Assembly: GCA_965368245.1 (NCBI GenBank)
Contig: CBDUMD010000005.1
Coordinates: 9,876 to 73,875 of the forward strand
Length of the DNA stretch: 64,000 nucleotides
From: an uncultured Thermoproteales archaeon
Lineage (GTDB): Archaea; Thermoproteota; Thermoprotei; Thermofilales; B20-G17
Direction of reading: 5' to 3'
Both the position numbers and the translations under genes were made by a program. The stretch's first letter is position 1. Each line of letters opens with the position of its first letter. This document shows positions 28,685-39,116 of the stretch, piece after piece. Below the pieces are notes generated by a model. It did not search any database and was not told the origin of the DNA. It saw nothing but the letters and a program-made list of their open reading frames with translations.

Positions 28685-29611
28685 CTAAGGGGCCGTGTCT
28701 GTTTTTAATAAATCCATTATAATATTCTTGAAGTCTGTAATGGACTGGGGCTTTTTCGTAAGAATAATATTGGAACTCCAGAAACCGTATCCACTATGCT
28801 CATGTTCCATTGGATCATATCCGTGATCGCTTATCACCATCAACGCCGAGTCCCCGATTTTTTCAGATACCTTCTCCACGAGCCTATCTATTCTTTTATA
28901 GTAGGATGCTAGGTGAACCATTAGCTTAAGTTTTCCTGGCCTATATAACATGTGATTAGCGAAATCTATTAGGGGACTGTAGTAGAGGAGCAAATCGTAT
29001 GCATCAAATTCATCGATAGCCTCTTCAAGCAATTTAATGCTGAAGGAATATACTTCCTCAAGGTACTTTAATCTTTCATCGAGAGTTTCAAAAAAATGTA
29101 TACTCATATATGCCCTCATCTCAGCAACCTCTTTGTCATTGTATGATGGAAATTCCTTTATCCATACTCTGTATCCTAGATTTTTAGCCTCCTTTACAAG
29201 CGTTTTTTGTTTAATGTGTTCAGGAAGTCTCTCTATCCTCCAGATCTCCCTTCTAACCCTATCACGCTTGTAAAGCCCCAGTTTTACCATATATTTCCTT
29301 AAACCAAGTTTCCTCTTTCCGAATAAGAAAATCTTAAAGCGGTATAATGGATATAGTATTGGCCCATAAGCAACTTTCATACGTTCATCAAGAATCTGCT
29401 TCCATGTGTACCCAAATCTTACAGCACTATCCCCTAGGAGGAAAGAGGCCCATATGATAGGCGTATAGATCTTTTCTTCGGGCCCAACGACAGAGGCAAC
29501 GTCATGGGTTCCCCATTCCCTTTGCATGATGTTCTTTAGATTCCATCTCTTGACAAGCCTTGCCTCTAGCCCGTCTATTCCCAGCACAAAGACCTTCATG
29601 AATACCTCCAC
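28685..29611 (-). CDS. Alkaline phosphatase superfamily (phosphodiesterase/sulfatase-like) protein
   Basis: VLGIDGL, TPIIW, DFANH and ISDHG motifs. Confidence 0.8.
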   Translation of the reverse strand: MEVFMKVFVLGIDGLEARLVKRWNLKNIMQREWGTHDVASVVGPEEKIYTPIIWASFLLGDSAVRFGYTWKQILDERMKVAYGPILYPLYRFKIFLFGKRKLGLRKYMVKLGLYKRDRVRREIWRIERLPEHIKQKTLVKEAKNLGYRVWIKEFPSYNDKEVAEMRAYMSIHFFETLDERLKYLEEVYSFSIKLLEEAIDEFDAYDLLLYYSPLIDFANHMLYRPGKLKLMVHLASYYKRIDRLVEKVSEKIGDSALMVISDHGYDPMEHEHSGYGFWSSNIILTKKPQSITDFKNIIMDLLKTDTAP

Positions 29612-29758
29612 ACCACCAGTAGACCTATGACCATAATAGTGATAATAATGTTTCTGTTGCTGGCCTTAATTGGCCTAAAATGGTGTGATGCAAGGTTACC
29701 TGAAGAGTAAAATGTATTTTTGACTTGAGGTTAAATGAGTCTCATATTGGTGTTTACG

Positions 29759-30177
29759 ATGTTAAGATGCTGGCGGAGACTACCTCCGGCAGCAAAAAGG
29801 TACATCCTATACCATTGTACGGTTACACCGCTACTATTCGTATGGTACATTATTCCATATTTAATGTTCGAAACAGGCCTTACGAAACTGCTACGGTTTT
29901 GTAGGCATTGGTGTGCTTTTGTAGGTTTTCGAGGATCTTGGTGCAGGTAGGCATGCTGTGGTGAACCCGTTCTTCATGGATCTCTTATTTTCAAAGATGC
30001 CGGAAGACAAGAAAGGGACGCTGCTAGGCGGTATAGCAGGTATAAGGCGGATCCTGAATATAACGTCGCCAGCTATAGCTGGTTTGCTTGCAGAAAAACT
30101 TTTCCAGCAGCCCCTTACCTTGCCTCGGCATCCTTAATAGCGGTGAGTGTTCCCTAATTCTAGAAGCCATAAAATGA
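29759..30177 (+). pseudogene. Internally deleted, frameshifted MFS transporter remnant
   Basis: N-terminal MLRCWRRLPPAAKRYILYH... joined to C-terminal fragments (FSKMPEDKKGTLLGGIAGIRRILNITSPAIAGLLAEK) in other frames; ~420 bp in total. Confidence 0.7.
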
Positions 30178-30223
30178 AACATATAGTGTTTCATAAAGCC
30201 TGGAGAGGTGGGAGCCGTGAGTG

Positions 30224-30472
30224 CTAAATCTTCTGCTTCCTCTCTTTAAGTAGTCTGAGATAATCGTCCATCCTTACTTCAAGTATTATCGACCCAGTAT
30301 ATCCGCAGTCTAGACATCGGTATATTTTTCCACCGTATCCTCCAACAAAAAGGTCTAAACGTGTGCTGTAACAGTATGGACATACAGTTATCCATCGTTT
30401 AGAATCGTTTCCAGAGGCTTCCGACGGAAACAGCTTCTCCACAAATTTTTTGACTTTGATAGCTATACGCAA
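30224..30472 (-). CDS. Small zinc-ribbon protein
   Basis: CPYC...YRCLDCGYTG. Confidence 0.75.
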   Translation of the reverse strand: MRIAIKVKKFVEKLFPSEASGNDSKRWITVCPYCYSTRLDLFVGGYGGKIYRCLDCGYTGSIILEVRMDDYLRLLKERKQKI

Positions 30473-30559
30473 TTTGATCAGCCTTTATGATATTAAAAAC
30501 ACCTTGATTCATATAAGAAGCTTACCATACCTTCAGTGTATTTGTTCCCTGGACGTTGA

Positions 30560-31549
30560 TTATCCTGAAACAACCTCTCCTAGAAACTCCCTCATAAACC
30601 CTATGCTATAGCATATTTCCACAATAATGTCTAGAATCGAGTAGACTAGGGCTCTCCTAAAACTTGTTTTACGGTGTACAAGGTGAAACAATGTTAGTAG
30701 AATGAAGGGTAGTATGAAAACGATGAAAAACACTACGCCTAAGGTGAGAGGGTTCACTAAAATGGAAAGAAGTATAGATGATGCTAGGGACGTGTAGAAA
30801 ACTATTATTATTAGGGCTGGTATTCTGGCTAGAGGGGCGTTTCTATGTTTATGATAAAACCTATATAAGCCTCTACCATACCGGTAAACCTGCTTTAAAA
30901 GCCCCTTTAATGTACGCCTATGGTAGTGGTAGACCTTTATTTTATCGGAAACGAGGATACTGTATCCTTTCTCGAGAATCCGCCATAGAAACTCCTGTTC
31001 TTCAGCTCCACCTTTAATCCCTTCATCAAAGTATAGTTTTTCCTCTATGAGTATCCTCCTTACGACACCAAGGTTGTTTGTGTTGGGTAGACGTTGGGAG
31101 ACCACGTTTTCCTTCGTAATCACCTTCCTCTCCCTGTAAACTGGCATCACAGGGAAGAAGCCGGTGTTAGCGTACTCTGCTATAATGTTTCCCCTAAGTT
31201 TTGGATGTATTATTGCACTGCCGCCGACGCATATATGATCCCCGTTTTCAAGCTCCTTGACCATGTTTTCAAGCCAGTCGGGTGGCGCTACACAATCTGC
31301 GTCTATAAAGGCTACGATATCTCCTTTGGCGTTGAGCAACCCAATGTTACGGGCAGCATTAGTTCCTCTTCCTTCATCAAAGAGAATTTTCACGGGAAAG
31401 TTCCTAGCTACTTCAAGAGTCCCGTCGGTCGACCCCCCGTCAACGACTATTATTTCATAGGGTTTAATCCTCTGGTTCATTAGGCTCTGTAGAAGTTCAC
31501 CGATATAGCGTCTACGGTTCTTCACGGGTATCACTACACTAACCTTCAC
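30560..31549 (-). CDS. Glycosyltransferase family 2
   Basis: VSVVIP, VDGGSTD, DAD motif and C-terminal TMs. Confidence 0.92.
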   Translation of the reverse strand: MKVSVVIPVKNRRRYIGELLQSLMNQRIKPYEIIVVDGGSTDGTLEVARNFPVKILFDEGRGTNAARNIGLLNAKGDIVAFIDADCVAPPDWLENMVKELENGDHICVGGSAIIHPKLRGNIIAEYANTGFFPVMPVYRERKVITKENVVSQRLPNTNNLGVVRRILIEEKLYFDEGIKGGAEEQEFLWRILEKGYSILVSDKIKVYHYHRRTLKGLLKQVYRYGRGLYRFYHKHRNAPLARIPALIIIVFYTSLASSILLSILVNPLTLGVVFFIVFILPFILLTLFHLVHRKTSFRRALVYSILDIIVEICYSIGFMREFLGEVVSG

Positions 31550-31698
31550 TATGCGGTCACCTGAGCTACGCCGTCAACCTTCCAATACAAGTACATTGTA
31601 GCTTCATATTCAAAATATTATTAAACTTTTGTAGCTTAGAAAATTGGTGGAGGTTTACGGCTCTGGGGATATTCTTCAAGGAACCGGGTAACATTAAA

Positions 31699-33054
31699 AT
31701 GTTTTTCAAGAACAATAAGATTACGGCGTCGGTTTACGGGCTAGGTAAAGTAGGTCTCCCGTTGGTTGCTGCATGGCTGAGGGCTGGTGCAAAAGTTATA
31801 GGCGTCGATATACATCCCGACCTCGTGGAGAAGCTTAACAGGGGTGTTGTATCTTACCCGGAGGAGCGTGAGGTGGAGGACACCATTATAAAGGCCGTGG
31901 AAGCCGGTAACTTTACGGCTACAACTGACGGCGTGCAAGCTTCTAGGGACTCGGACGTCAAGATAATTATTGTACCGACTAAAGTCGATATGGAGACTAA
32001 GCAGGTTGATTTAACGGCGTTACAAGATGCTGCCAAGAAAATTTCCTTGGGTTTAAAGCGGGGCGACATGGTTATAGTAGAGTCTACTGTACCCCCCTTA
32101 ACAACAGAAAAAATTGTTAAACCGATCCTAGAAAAGGGGAGTGGCTTGAAAGCCGAAAAGGATTTTGGTTTAGCGTATAGTCCAGAACGCGTGATGGTCG
32201 GCCATGCACTTAAAGATATAGAGGAGAATTACCCTAAGGTTGTGGGAGGAGTCGGCGAAAGAAGCACGCTAGTGGCCTGTAAGCTCTATGAGAATATAGC
32301 TAAAAAGGGTGTTATAGCTGTAAGCAACTCAACCGTCGCAGAGACGGCGAAGGTGTTTGAAGGAATCTATAGGGATGTAAATATAGCGTTAGCCAACGAG
32401 CTTTCAAGACTCTGTTCTGCACTTGGAATAGACTTTATGGAGGTTCGCAAGGCTGCAAACAGCCAACCCTACTGTCACTTACATCTACCAGGTATAGGCG
32501 TTGGAGGCCTATGTATACCCGTCTACCCGTATTTCGCACTGAAAGTGGCTTCGGAAAAGGGTGTGGAGCTATCCCTGACGCGTACGGGTCGGCTCATAAA
32601 CGAGAAAGCACCGGTAACTGCCGTTGAAACTGCGTTAAATGCGCTTAAAGAGGTTTCTCCATCTCTAGAACCTAAAAAGTGTGCGATACTTGGCTTGGCG
32701 TTCCGGGGCAATGTAGCTGACACCAGACTTTCACCGACATATGATATCATTGATGAATTAAAAATGCATGGTTTTGAGGTGAAGGTGCATGACCCGCTAA
32801 TCCGGGAGGACCCTGTCTTGGAGTCGAAGAACACACCTCTATTAAACGACCTCAGAGCGGTCGTCAGAGATGTTTCTTTGATAATATTATCCACGGATCA
32901 TTTGACCTACAAGAAGCATGGGCTTAAAACAATAGTTTCCGATGCTCCTCGACCGGTAGTCTTCCTGGACGGGAGGAATCTTTTTGTGGAAGAAGATGTT
33001 CCGCCAGGCGTCTACTACATATCTATCAGCGGGAGGCGTGTTAAAAATGTCTAG
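31699..33054 (+). CDS. Nucleotide-sugar dehydrogenase (UDP-GlcNAc/ManNAc 6-dehydrogenase type)
   Basis: GLGKVG, ESTVPP, SPER and PGIGVGGLCIP. Confidence 0.92.
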   Translation: MFFKNNKITASVYGLGKVGLPLVAAWLRAGAKVIGVDIHPDLVEKLNRGVVSYPEEREVEDTIIKAVEAGNFTATTDGVQASRDSDVKIIIVPTKVDMETKQVDLTALQDAAKKISLGLKRGDMVIVESTVPPLTTEKIVKPILEKGSGLKAEKDFGLAYSPERVMVGHALKDIEENYPKVVGGVGERSTLVACKLYENIAKKGVIAVSNSTVAETAKVFEGIYRDVNIALANELSRLCSALGIDFMEVRKAANSQPYCHLHLPGIGVGGLCIPVYPYFALKVASEKGVELSLTRTGRLINEKAPVTAVETALNALKEVSPSLEPKKCAILGLAFRGNVADTRLSPTYDIIDELKMHGFEVKVHDPLIREDPVLESKNTPLLNDLRAVVRDVSLIILSTDHLTYKKHGLKTIVSDAPRPVVFLDGRNLFVEEDVPPGVYYISISGRRVKNV

Positions 33055-34087
33055 AAGGCTTAGGGTTGCGGTTATAGGAGTTGGAGGATGGGGTATAAAC
33101 CACGTCAGAGTCTTATCTAGACTCACTAAAACCTATGATATTGAAGTGATAGTGGTGGATACCTTACGTGAACGTGCTAGACAGGTGGCTGAGAAATATG
33201 GTGTAAAAAGCTATTATGCGGACTACCTTGAAGCCTACAGGAAGGAAAAATATGATGCAGCTATAGTAGCCGTCCCTACAAAACTACACTACCATGTCGC
33301 CAGAGACCTTATAGACAAAGCTGATTTACTTATTGAAAAACCTTTAGCCACGACAATTAGGGATGCAGCAGAGATAGTTAAAATGGCTGAAAGAAATAAT
33401 AGGATCGTCGCTGTCGGACACATAGAGAGGTTTAATCCTGCCGTCATCGCCGCCAAAAAGGAGATTGAATCCAGGGTGAAGGAGGACCCGGTGCTGGCGA
33501 TTTATGCTGAAAGGATAGGGATTCGGCCTACAAACGTGGAGAAATACCTTGGGGTAGCTTTAGACTTAATGGTACACGATATAGATGTAGTATGCTACCT
33601 GCTGAACGAGTTGCCTGAAAGCGTTCAGGCCCTAAAATATCCGCCTAAAGGCTTCGAGGACGATGCACTAGCAGTCTTCTCCTTTGAGAACAAAAATGCA
33701 ATACTGCATGCTTCACGGAGGGCGAGAATGAAGCGCAGGAGCCTAAGGATCCAGACCCTTTACACTTTAATAGAGGTCGATTACATGCTACAGCATATTA
33801 AGATAATTGAGGGAATCCATCCCTCTACAACTCCCCCCGACTACTTTAAAATACTTGAAGCGTATCAGTCGTCAAAAATGGTGGAGAAGAGGCTTCTACG
33901 TGGAGCTGAAACAGAGCCCCTCTTCCTAGAGGATAAACACTTCGTTGAAGCGGTTATTGAGGGTAAGAGGCCGCTTGTAAGTGCTGTTGAAGGCTATATT
34001 TCAGTTAAATGCGCCTTAAAGGCTATAGAAGCTGCTGAAAGGGAAATTCGTATTCACTTAAAGTGGGATGAAGATTTCCTAGGCTAA
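33047..34087 (+). CDS. Gfo/Idh/MocA oxidoreductase (WlbA/WbpB-like)
   Basis: GVGGWG, EKP, GHIERFNP and DLMVHDID; start set at ATG 33047. Confidence 0.88.
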   Translation: MSRRLRVAVIGVGGWGINHVRVLSRLTKTYDIEVIVVDTLRERARQVAEKYGVKSYYADYLEAYRKEKYDAAIVAVPTKLHYHVARDLIDKADLLIEKPLATTIRDAAEIVKMAERNNRIVAVGHIERFNPAVIAAKKEIESRVKEDPVLAIYAERIGIRPTNVEKYLGVALDLMVHDIDVVCYLLNELPESVQALKYPPKGFEDDALAVFSFENKNAILHASRRARMKRRSLRIQTLYTLIEVDYMLQHIKIIEGIHPSTTPPDYFKILEAYQSSKMVEKRLLRGAETEPLFLEDKHFVEAVIEGKRPLVSAVEGYISVKCALKAIEAAEREIRIHLKWDEDFLG

Positions 34088-34136
34088 TTAATGGATAAAT
34101 CTTTATGATAAAAATGGTATTTACTATGGAGGGGAA

Positions 34137-35096
34137 ATGGACCTCTACTCTACACACGTGGGAAGCTATCCCTCCAAATTCAGCGTTGAAAACATAAGAA
34201 AAATATTTCTCGATACTGTTGAAATAGGCCTTGACTATCCGCCACACCCACAGTTGAGGGACTTCATATACATGTACTTGGAACCTTTAATTAAAGAGGG
34301 GATTCTGGAAAGGAGGGGAGAGTCTTATAAACTTATAGCCGAGTTCAATGTAGAGGACATTCCTGAACCTAAGGTGGTTGAGCAGGATATTGTAGTTAAG
34401 CTTTCCTCCGAAAGAAAATTACATGTGAAGGGTAAACGGGCGTGTATCACCGGCCCCTTCACCCTTTCATCCAGGATAGCGGTTTCCGGCGAAGGGCTCG
34501 GTGGAAGTCTACTATACGCCAAAAGTAAAGTACTCGACTATATGGTGGAGTATACTAGATTGTTCACCCTGAGGGCCTCGAAACTTGGCTATGAAATGAT
34601 AGTAGTGGATGAACCTATTTTATCTGTGATCGTAGGAAGAAGAATATTGTTTGAGTACACTGTTGAGGATATTTGCTCTGCTCTACAAAGGTTGTTCGAG
34701 GGAGTCTCCAGCAAATATAAGGGTGTGCATGTATGTGGAAGACTTTCGCCAAAAGTGAGGGAAATACTTTTGAACGTGGAGACCATTAATATCCTGGACC
34801 ACGAACACAAGGACCACCCTGCAAACATCTCTCTATACTCCTACGAGGACCTAGAGTCATATAATAAATACATGGCATTAGGGGTGTTGTCTTCGACAAA
34901 CCCTTCAGTAGAGAAAGTTGACGACATTGTTAATAGGATAAAGGATGGACTAAAAACCTATAGAGAAAGACTTTTGTTCGTTAAAAGTGACTGTGGCTTC
35001 AAAGGATTATCAGGATATATGAACGCTTACCAGATCTCCTTGAATAAACTAAAAAACCTAGTAGAGGCGCTTAAAATTGTCAAAAAAGAAGTTTAA
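34137..35096 (+). CDS. Single-domain (core) MetE-like zinc methyltransferase
   Basis: HVGSYP, TGPFT and VDEP; Zn ligands HVC...E...DCGF. Confidence 0.8.
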   Translation: MDLYSTHVGSYPSKFSVENIRKIFLDTVEIGLDYPPHPQLRDFIYMYLEPLIKEGILERRGESYKLIAEFNVEDIPEPKVVEQDIVVKLSSERKLHVKGKRACITGPFTLSSRIAVSGEGLGGSLLYAKSKVLDYMVEYTRLFTLRASKLGYEMIVVDEPILSVIVGRRILFEYTVEDICSALQRLFEGVSSKYKGVHVCGRLSPKVREILLNVETINILDHEHKDHPANISLYSYEDLESYNKYMALGVLSSTNPSVEKVDDIVNRIKDGLKTYRERLLFVKSDCGFKGLSGYMNAYQISLNKLKNLVEALKIVKKEV

Positions 35097-36798
35097 AATA
35101 CGTATTCTACCATACGACAAGGTAGTGTATGCAGAACATGGAGACCTCTTAGCAGACGTTTTAATCAAAGCTGTACCCGACTTTATTTTACCCTGTGGTG
35201 GAAGAGGCTTCTGTGGACTATGCAGGGTGAAGGTGTTAAAGGGAGTCTGTTCAGAGCCTACAGCCAACGAAAAGCTTCATGGAGTAGCCTATCCCTACCG
35301 GCTGGCATGCCAAGTACATGTGGTATCCGACCTAGAGGTTGTGGTGGAACCTCCTGGCAAACTGCATGCTCTTACATCGGGTGTAGAACCAACACTAGAG
35401 GTTATTGAACCGATTGTAGAGACCCGTGAAATAGACTTCAATAGAGCATCAACACCGTTGGACAGATACCTAGTTGATAAGATGGGGTTCCGAGGGGTCA
35501 CTCTCAGAGCACTCCAACAGTTGACTACCATGGAGAATATGCTTCAGGTAAAGGTTTACGGGAACACTGTCATCGGCTTCTCTAATAAACCTAAGAAACT
35601 GGGTCTAGCCGTCGATGTCGGTACAACTAAGATAGCTGTTTACCTAGTAGATTTGGATACAGGGTTGACGTTGTGGGAATCGTATACAGTTAACCCTCAG
35701 TCGCGCTATGGCGATGATGTAATTACGCGTATCGGGGTAGTGATGAAGGACTATAATAAACTTAAGGAAATGCATGAGATCACAGTAAACGCTATAGAAA
35801 AACTATGTAAAGAAGGGTTGCGTCGAATCGACGTTAAGGATTCAGACATCCTAGCGTTGGTTGCTGTCGGAAACCCGGTGATGATCAGCATTCTACTTGG
35901 AATTGACCCAAGGCCTCTGGGAAGATACCCTTTTGAACCATTGGCATCAACTTTCTTCGAAGGGTATGGTTCAGAGCTCGGATTTAAGCTTCTACGAGAC
36001 TGCTGGTTTTACATACCTCCAGCAGTCTCAGGTTTCATAGGATCAGATGCCCTCGCGGATCTCATCACCGCAGAAGCGCTAAAAACAGGATACAGAAGAT
36101 ATCTTTTGATGGATTTAGGTACAAATACGGAGATAATATTAGTTGAAGACGAAGACTTCCTTGCTTCCTCCGCTCCAGCTGGCCCTGCCCTTGAGGGGGG
36201 TCACATTAGCTCCGGTATAAAGGCTGTTGAAGGTGCAATTTATAGAGTTAGGTTAAGAGACGATGGATCGGTGGCATATAGTTTTTATGGAAGGGAACCT
36301 AGAGGCCTCTCCGGCTCCGGGCTTATTAGCCTTGTGGCAGAACTATTGAGAAAGGGACTTTTAAGCATAGATGGTAGATTTAGGGGTCGTTTGGCGTTAG
36401 AGAAAAACTTTATCGTGGACAAAGAGAGGGGTATAAGGGTTACGCAAAGAGATATCCGTGAACTACAGAAAGCCAAGGCCGCTATTTCATCGGTATGGAA
36501 AACTCTTTTAGCAACACGTGGACTAAGTGTCCGAGACCTTGAAGCAGTTTATGTATGCGGGTCATTTGGATCAAACATCGATCCCGACGACGCCCTTCAA
36601 ATAGGTCTATTGCCGCCAGTATCTAGGAACAAGGTTTACGTGCTGGGAAATGCGGCCGGAACCGGTGCACGGCTTATCCTCAAATCCAGGTATTACAAAG
36701 GTAGATTAGAAGACATTAGCAGGAGAATGAAGGTCGTTAAAGTGGCTGAAGGAAAGAAATATATGCGAATATGGGTTGAAAACCTAGCTTTTGGATGA
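35077..36798 (+). CDS. Reductive activator of corrinoid proteins (2Fe-2S + ASKHA, DUF4445/RACE type)
   Basis: CGGRGFCGLC...RLACQ; DVGTT, NPQ..YGDDVITR, DLGTNTE, APAGPALEG and DIRELQKAKAA. Confidence 0.9.
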   Translation: MSKKKFKIRILPYDKVVYAEHGDLLADVLIKAVPDFILPCGGRGFCGLCRVKVLKGVCSEPTANEKLHGVAYPYRLACQVHVVSDLEVVVEPPGKLHALTSGVEPTLEVIEPIVETREIDFNRASTPLDRYLVDKMGFRGVTLRALQQLTTMENMLQVKVYGNTVIGFSNKPKKLGLAVDVGTTKIAVYLVDLDTGLTLWESYTVNPQSRYGDDVITRIGVVMKDYNKLKEMHEITVNAIEKLCKEGLRRIDVKDSDILALVAVGNPVMISILLGIDPRPLGRYPFEPLASTFFEGYGSELGFKLLRDCWFYIPPAVSGFIGSDALADLITAEALKTGYRRYLLMDLGTNTEIILVEDEDFLASSAPAGPALEGGHISSGIKAVEGAIYRVRLRDDGSVAYSFYGREPRGLSGSGLISLVAELLRKGLLSIDGRFRGRLALEKNFIVDKERGIRVTQRDIRELQKAKAAISSVWKTLLATRGLSVRDLEAVYVCGSFGSNIDPDDALQIGLLPPVSRNKVYVLGNAAGTGARLILKSRYYKGRLEDISRRMKVVKVAEGKKYMRIWVENLAFG

Positions 36799-37422
36799 CC
36801 TTTCCCTAATAATAACCTTGTATTGTCGACTCAGCCTGCCGGGTTTCTTTACAATTTCTATATCCTCATAATCTATATTGTAGAGTTTAAGGGGGAAGGA
36901 AGAGGTTTTAAGGCCAGCCCGCTTAGCCTCCCTCCTTATTTCGGCAAAGAGTTTTTCTACATCCTCCTTAATTCTCTTGGATTGCTCCCTGAAAGTCTTT
37001 CTATTAACATAGTATAAATATGTAATCTTATCGTGAAGGTAAAGCCTGTAAAGTAGGATTACGTTAACGAGCGTAAGCGCCACTAAAAGTGTTATAAATA
37101 CAAATGGGCTGGTTATGCCGAAGAACGGGGGTATGGCTGCAAGAGCAAAGAAAACCAGTGAATATTTGTAGTATTTCTCCATTTTTTTATCCCTATCAAT
37201 TAACTGTCTAACTTTAGGTATTTTAAGCCCTCTGAGGGCTATGTCTTCCAGATCCTTTTTCAGGTCCTTCCATCTTCGTATTCTCCGGGATAATTCAAGC
37301 CGCCTATATTCTATAGCTAGTTGATCTATGTTGGCTACAATACCCACCCTGTAGGCGTCTAGTGTTTCTATGAAAGCTATAATTTTCCTTATCCTTCTAC
37401 GGGTTTTAGCCGGAGTGCTCAT
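36784..37422 (-). CDS. Hypothetical basic membrane protein
   Basis: Two central TM helices; start set at ATG 37422. Confidence 0.65.
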   Translation of the reverse strand: MSTPAKTRRRIRKIIAFIETLDAYRVGIVANIDQLAIEYRRLELSRRIRRWKDLKKDLEDIALRGLKIPKVRQLIDRDKKMEKYYKYSLVFFALAAIPPFFGITSPFVFITLLVALTLVNVILLYRLYLHDKITYLYYVNRKTFREQSKRIKEDVEKLFAEIRREAKRAGLKTSSFPLKLYNIDYEDIEIVKKPGRLSRQYKVIIRERSSKS

Positions 37423-37438
37423 AACTACCGCCTCAGAT

Positions 37439-38224
37439 TTAAAGTAGACATTTAAGTAGATCACTTTTTGTGACTATGCCGGTTAAAGTGGAGTTTTCGA
37501 CTATGCAAAGAACCTTTAACCCCTTTTCGATAAACAGGGAAACTGCTTCTGAAACCGTTAATTCCGAACCGACTGAAGGCGGCATCCTCTCCATTGCATC
37601 GCTTACAAGTAGATGTTGTATTCTTTCCCTCCTGAACCTCCAGTGGACGGATTCATGGAAGCCAACTAGAGTCTCCATAACCCTGAAATCGGTGATTACC
37701 CCCCTAAGCTTATCCTCTTCGAGCACAGGTATAGCAGAGAAGCCCTTTTCCAACATTATTTTACGTGCATGAAGGATCTTTTCGGTCACTTGGAGGGTGA
37801 CAGGGTTAACCGTCATCAACGTACCCAACTGTACTCTGGTTACTTTACCTAGCATTTTAAGGGAATCCTCCTTCGTGAAGGAGCCTACGAGCTTCCCTTC
37901 ATCATCGACGACAGGAAGTATACCGATGCCCTTAAAAAGTAACTGTTTAACAGCCTCTACAGCGTCTTCCTCACTCTTTATGGTTAGGGGGTTTGGCGTC
38001 ATAAACGAGGAAACATGCAAGCTTGAAACATCGACTCTCCTGAGTCTTTGGGTGGCAAGCTTGGAGATTATATCTTTTTCGGAAACAACTCCAATGGGTT
38101 TGTCGTCTCTAGTAACTATCAAGTGGCTTACCTCATTCTGAACCATGGTTTTCACGGCTGTTGTGATGGCATCATCTTTTCCTATGGTTACTGGCTGATG
38201 GGACATCAAGTCACGAACTATCAT
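37439..38224 (-). CDS. CBS domain protein (4 CBS)
   Basis: Repeated M..P.T / LPVVD / G..T..D CBS pattern. Confidence 0.92.
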   Translation of the reverse strand: MIVRDLMSHQPVTIGKDDAITTAVKTMVQNEVSHLIVTRDDKPIGVVSEKDIISKLATQRLRRVDVSSLHVSSFMTPNPLTIKSEEDAVEAVKQLLFKGIGILPVVDDEGKLVGSFTKEDSLKMLGKVTRVQLGTLMTVNPVTLQVTEKILHARKIMLEKGFSAIPVLEEDKLRGVITDFRVMETLVGFHESVHWRFRRERIQHLLVSDAMERMPPSVGSELTVSEAVSLFIEKGLKVLCIVENSTLTGIVTKSDLLKCLL

Positions 38225-38384
38225 AAATGCCCCGCTATCTAAAAATAGAATGTCTTTATTAAATTATTACAATAGGTAAGGAGGCTCAGACCACTTTGCA
38301 ACCTACAGTGTTCCGGCTTATTCGACCCCTTCGAAAACACTATATAGTAAAATACGTTTTGCTTTTATTAGGGTTTGAGCGGGA

Positions 38385-39116
38385 GTGAGGGAAGGGGGAG
38401 AGATACTGCGTAAACTTGCACACGTAGCCTTAGCACTACTTTTTCTCGCACCTTATTTGTCTCCTGAGTTGCTTAGATTTATGGGCGGTATTGATAAAAT
38501 ACATTTTTATATGCTTTTAGCCGCCCTCTCGGCAAGCATAAATTCTATTCAGGTTAAGAAACCCCTTTTCGGGAGGAGAATCCTCATGGAATTGAAGACT
38601 TTACGTAGAATGTTGGTCAACGAGATTTCCGATGAAAGATGGTCTGGTAGAATACCTTTGGTTGAGAGACTTAGACAGTTAGCGTCTATGACTGATGAAA
38701 GGATGAGCGATTACGAGGATAAGTTACTTAAATACATCGAGTCCATGGAAAGGGATTATGAACGTAGAAGCGGGTATATCGGCGTAACCTTTGGTGCTAT
38801 AGGAGTGGCTTTTTCGCAATTATTTTTTGGGGATGTGACATTCTACGGCATCCTCTCGCTAATGATATACGATAGCGTATCTGCGTTAACCACCAATCTA
38901 TTTGACGGCCCAAAAATCCCCTATTCACATACCAGTATTATAGGCGCCTTAGCAGCGTCCAGCCTCCTGGCGATTGTACTTGTAGTCTTCGGCATTAAAC
39001 CTTTAGAAGCTTTAATTATAACTCTTGTTTGCGCCCTTACAGAAGCATATTTTATCGAAGATAACCTTGCCCTCCCCATAATCGTTTCTCTAACAGGTTA
39101 CTTGCTTGGAGTCTGA
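38385..39116 (+). CDS. Dolichol/phytol kinase-like CTP-dependent membrane kinase
   Basis: EILRKLAH, YDSVSA and EDNLALP motifs. Confidence 0.75.
   Translation: MREGGEILRKLAHVALALLFLAPYLSPELLRFMGGIDKIHFYMLLAALSASINSIQVKKPLFGRRILMELKTLRRMLVNEISDERWSGRIPLVERLRQLASMTDERMSDYEDKLLKYIESMERDYERRSGYIGVTFGAIGVAFSQLFFGDVTFYGILSLMIYDSVSALTTNLFDGPKIPYSHTSIIGALAASSLLAIVLVVFGIKPLEALIITLVCALTEAYFIEDNLALPIIVSLTGYLLGV

Noticed and set aside
31549-31607. Short upstream ORFs and an AGCTAC/GTAGCT stem before the GT2 gene
   Set aside because: Weak stem; such short ORFs are expected by chance and no conservation evidence is available
38278-38335. Possible small RNA with a CTGA box on minus
   Set aside because: No recognisable C box and only a weak terminal stem
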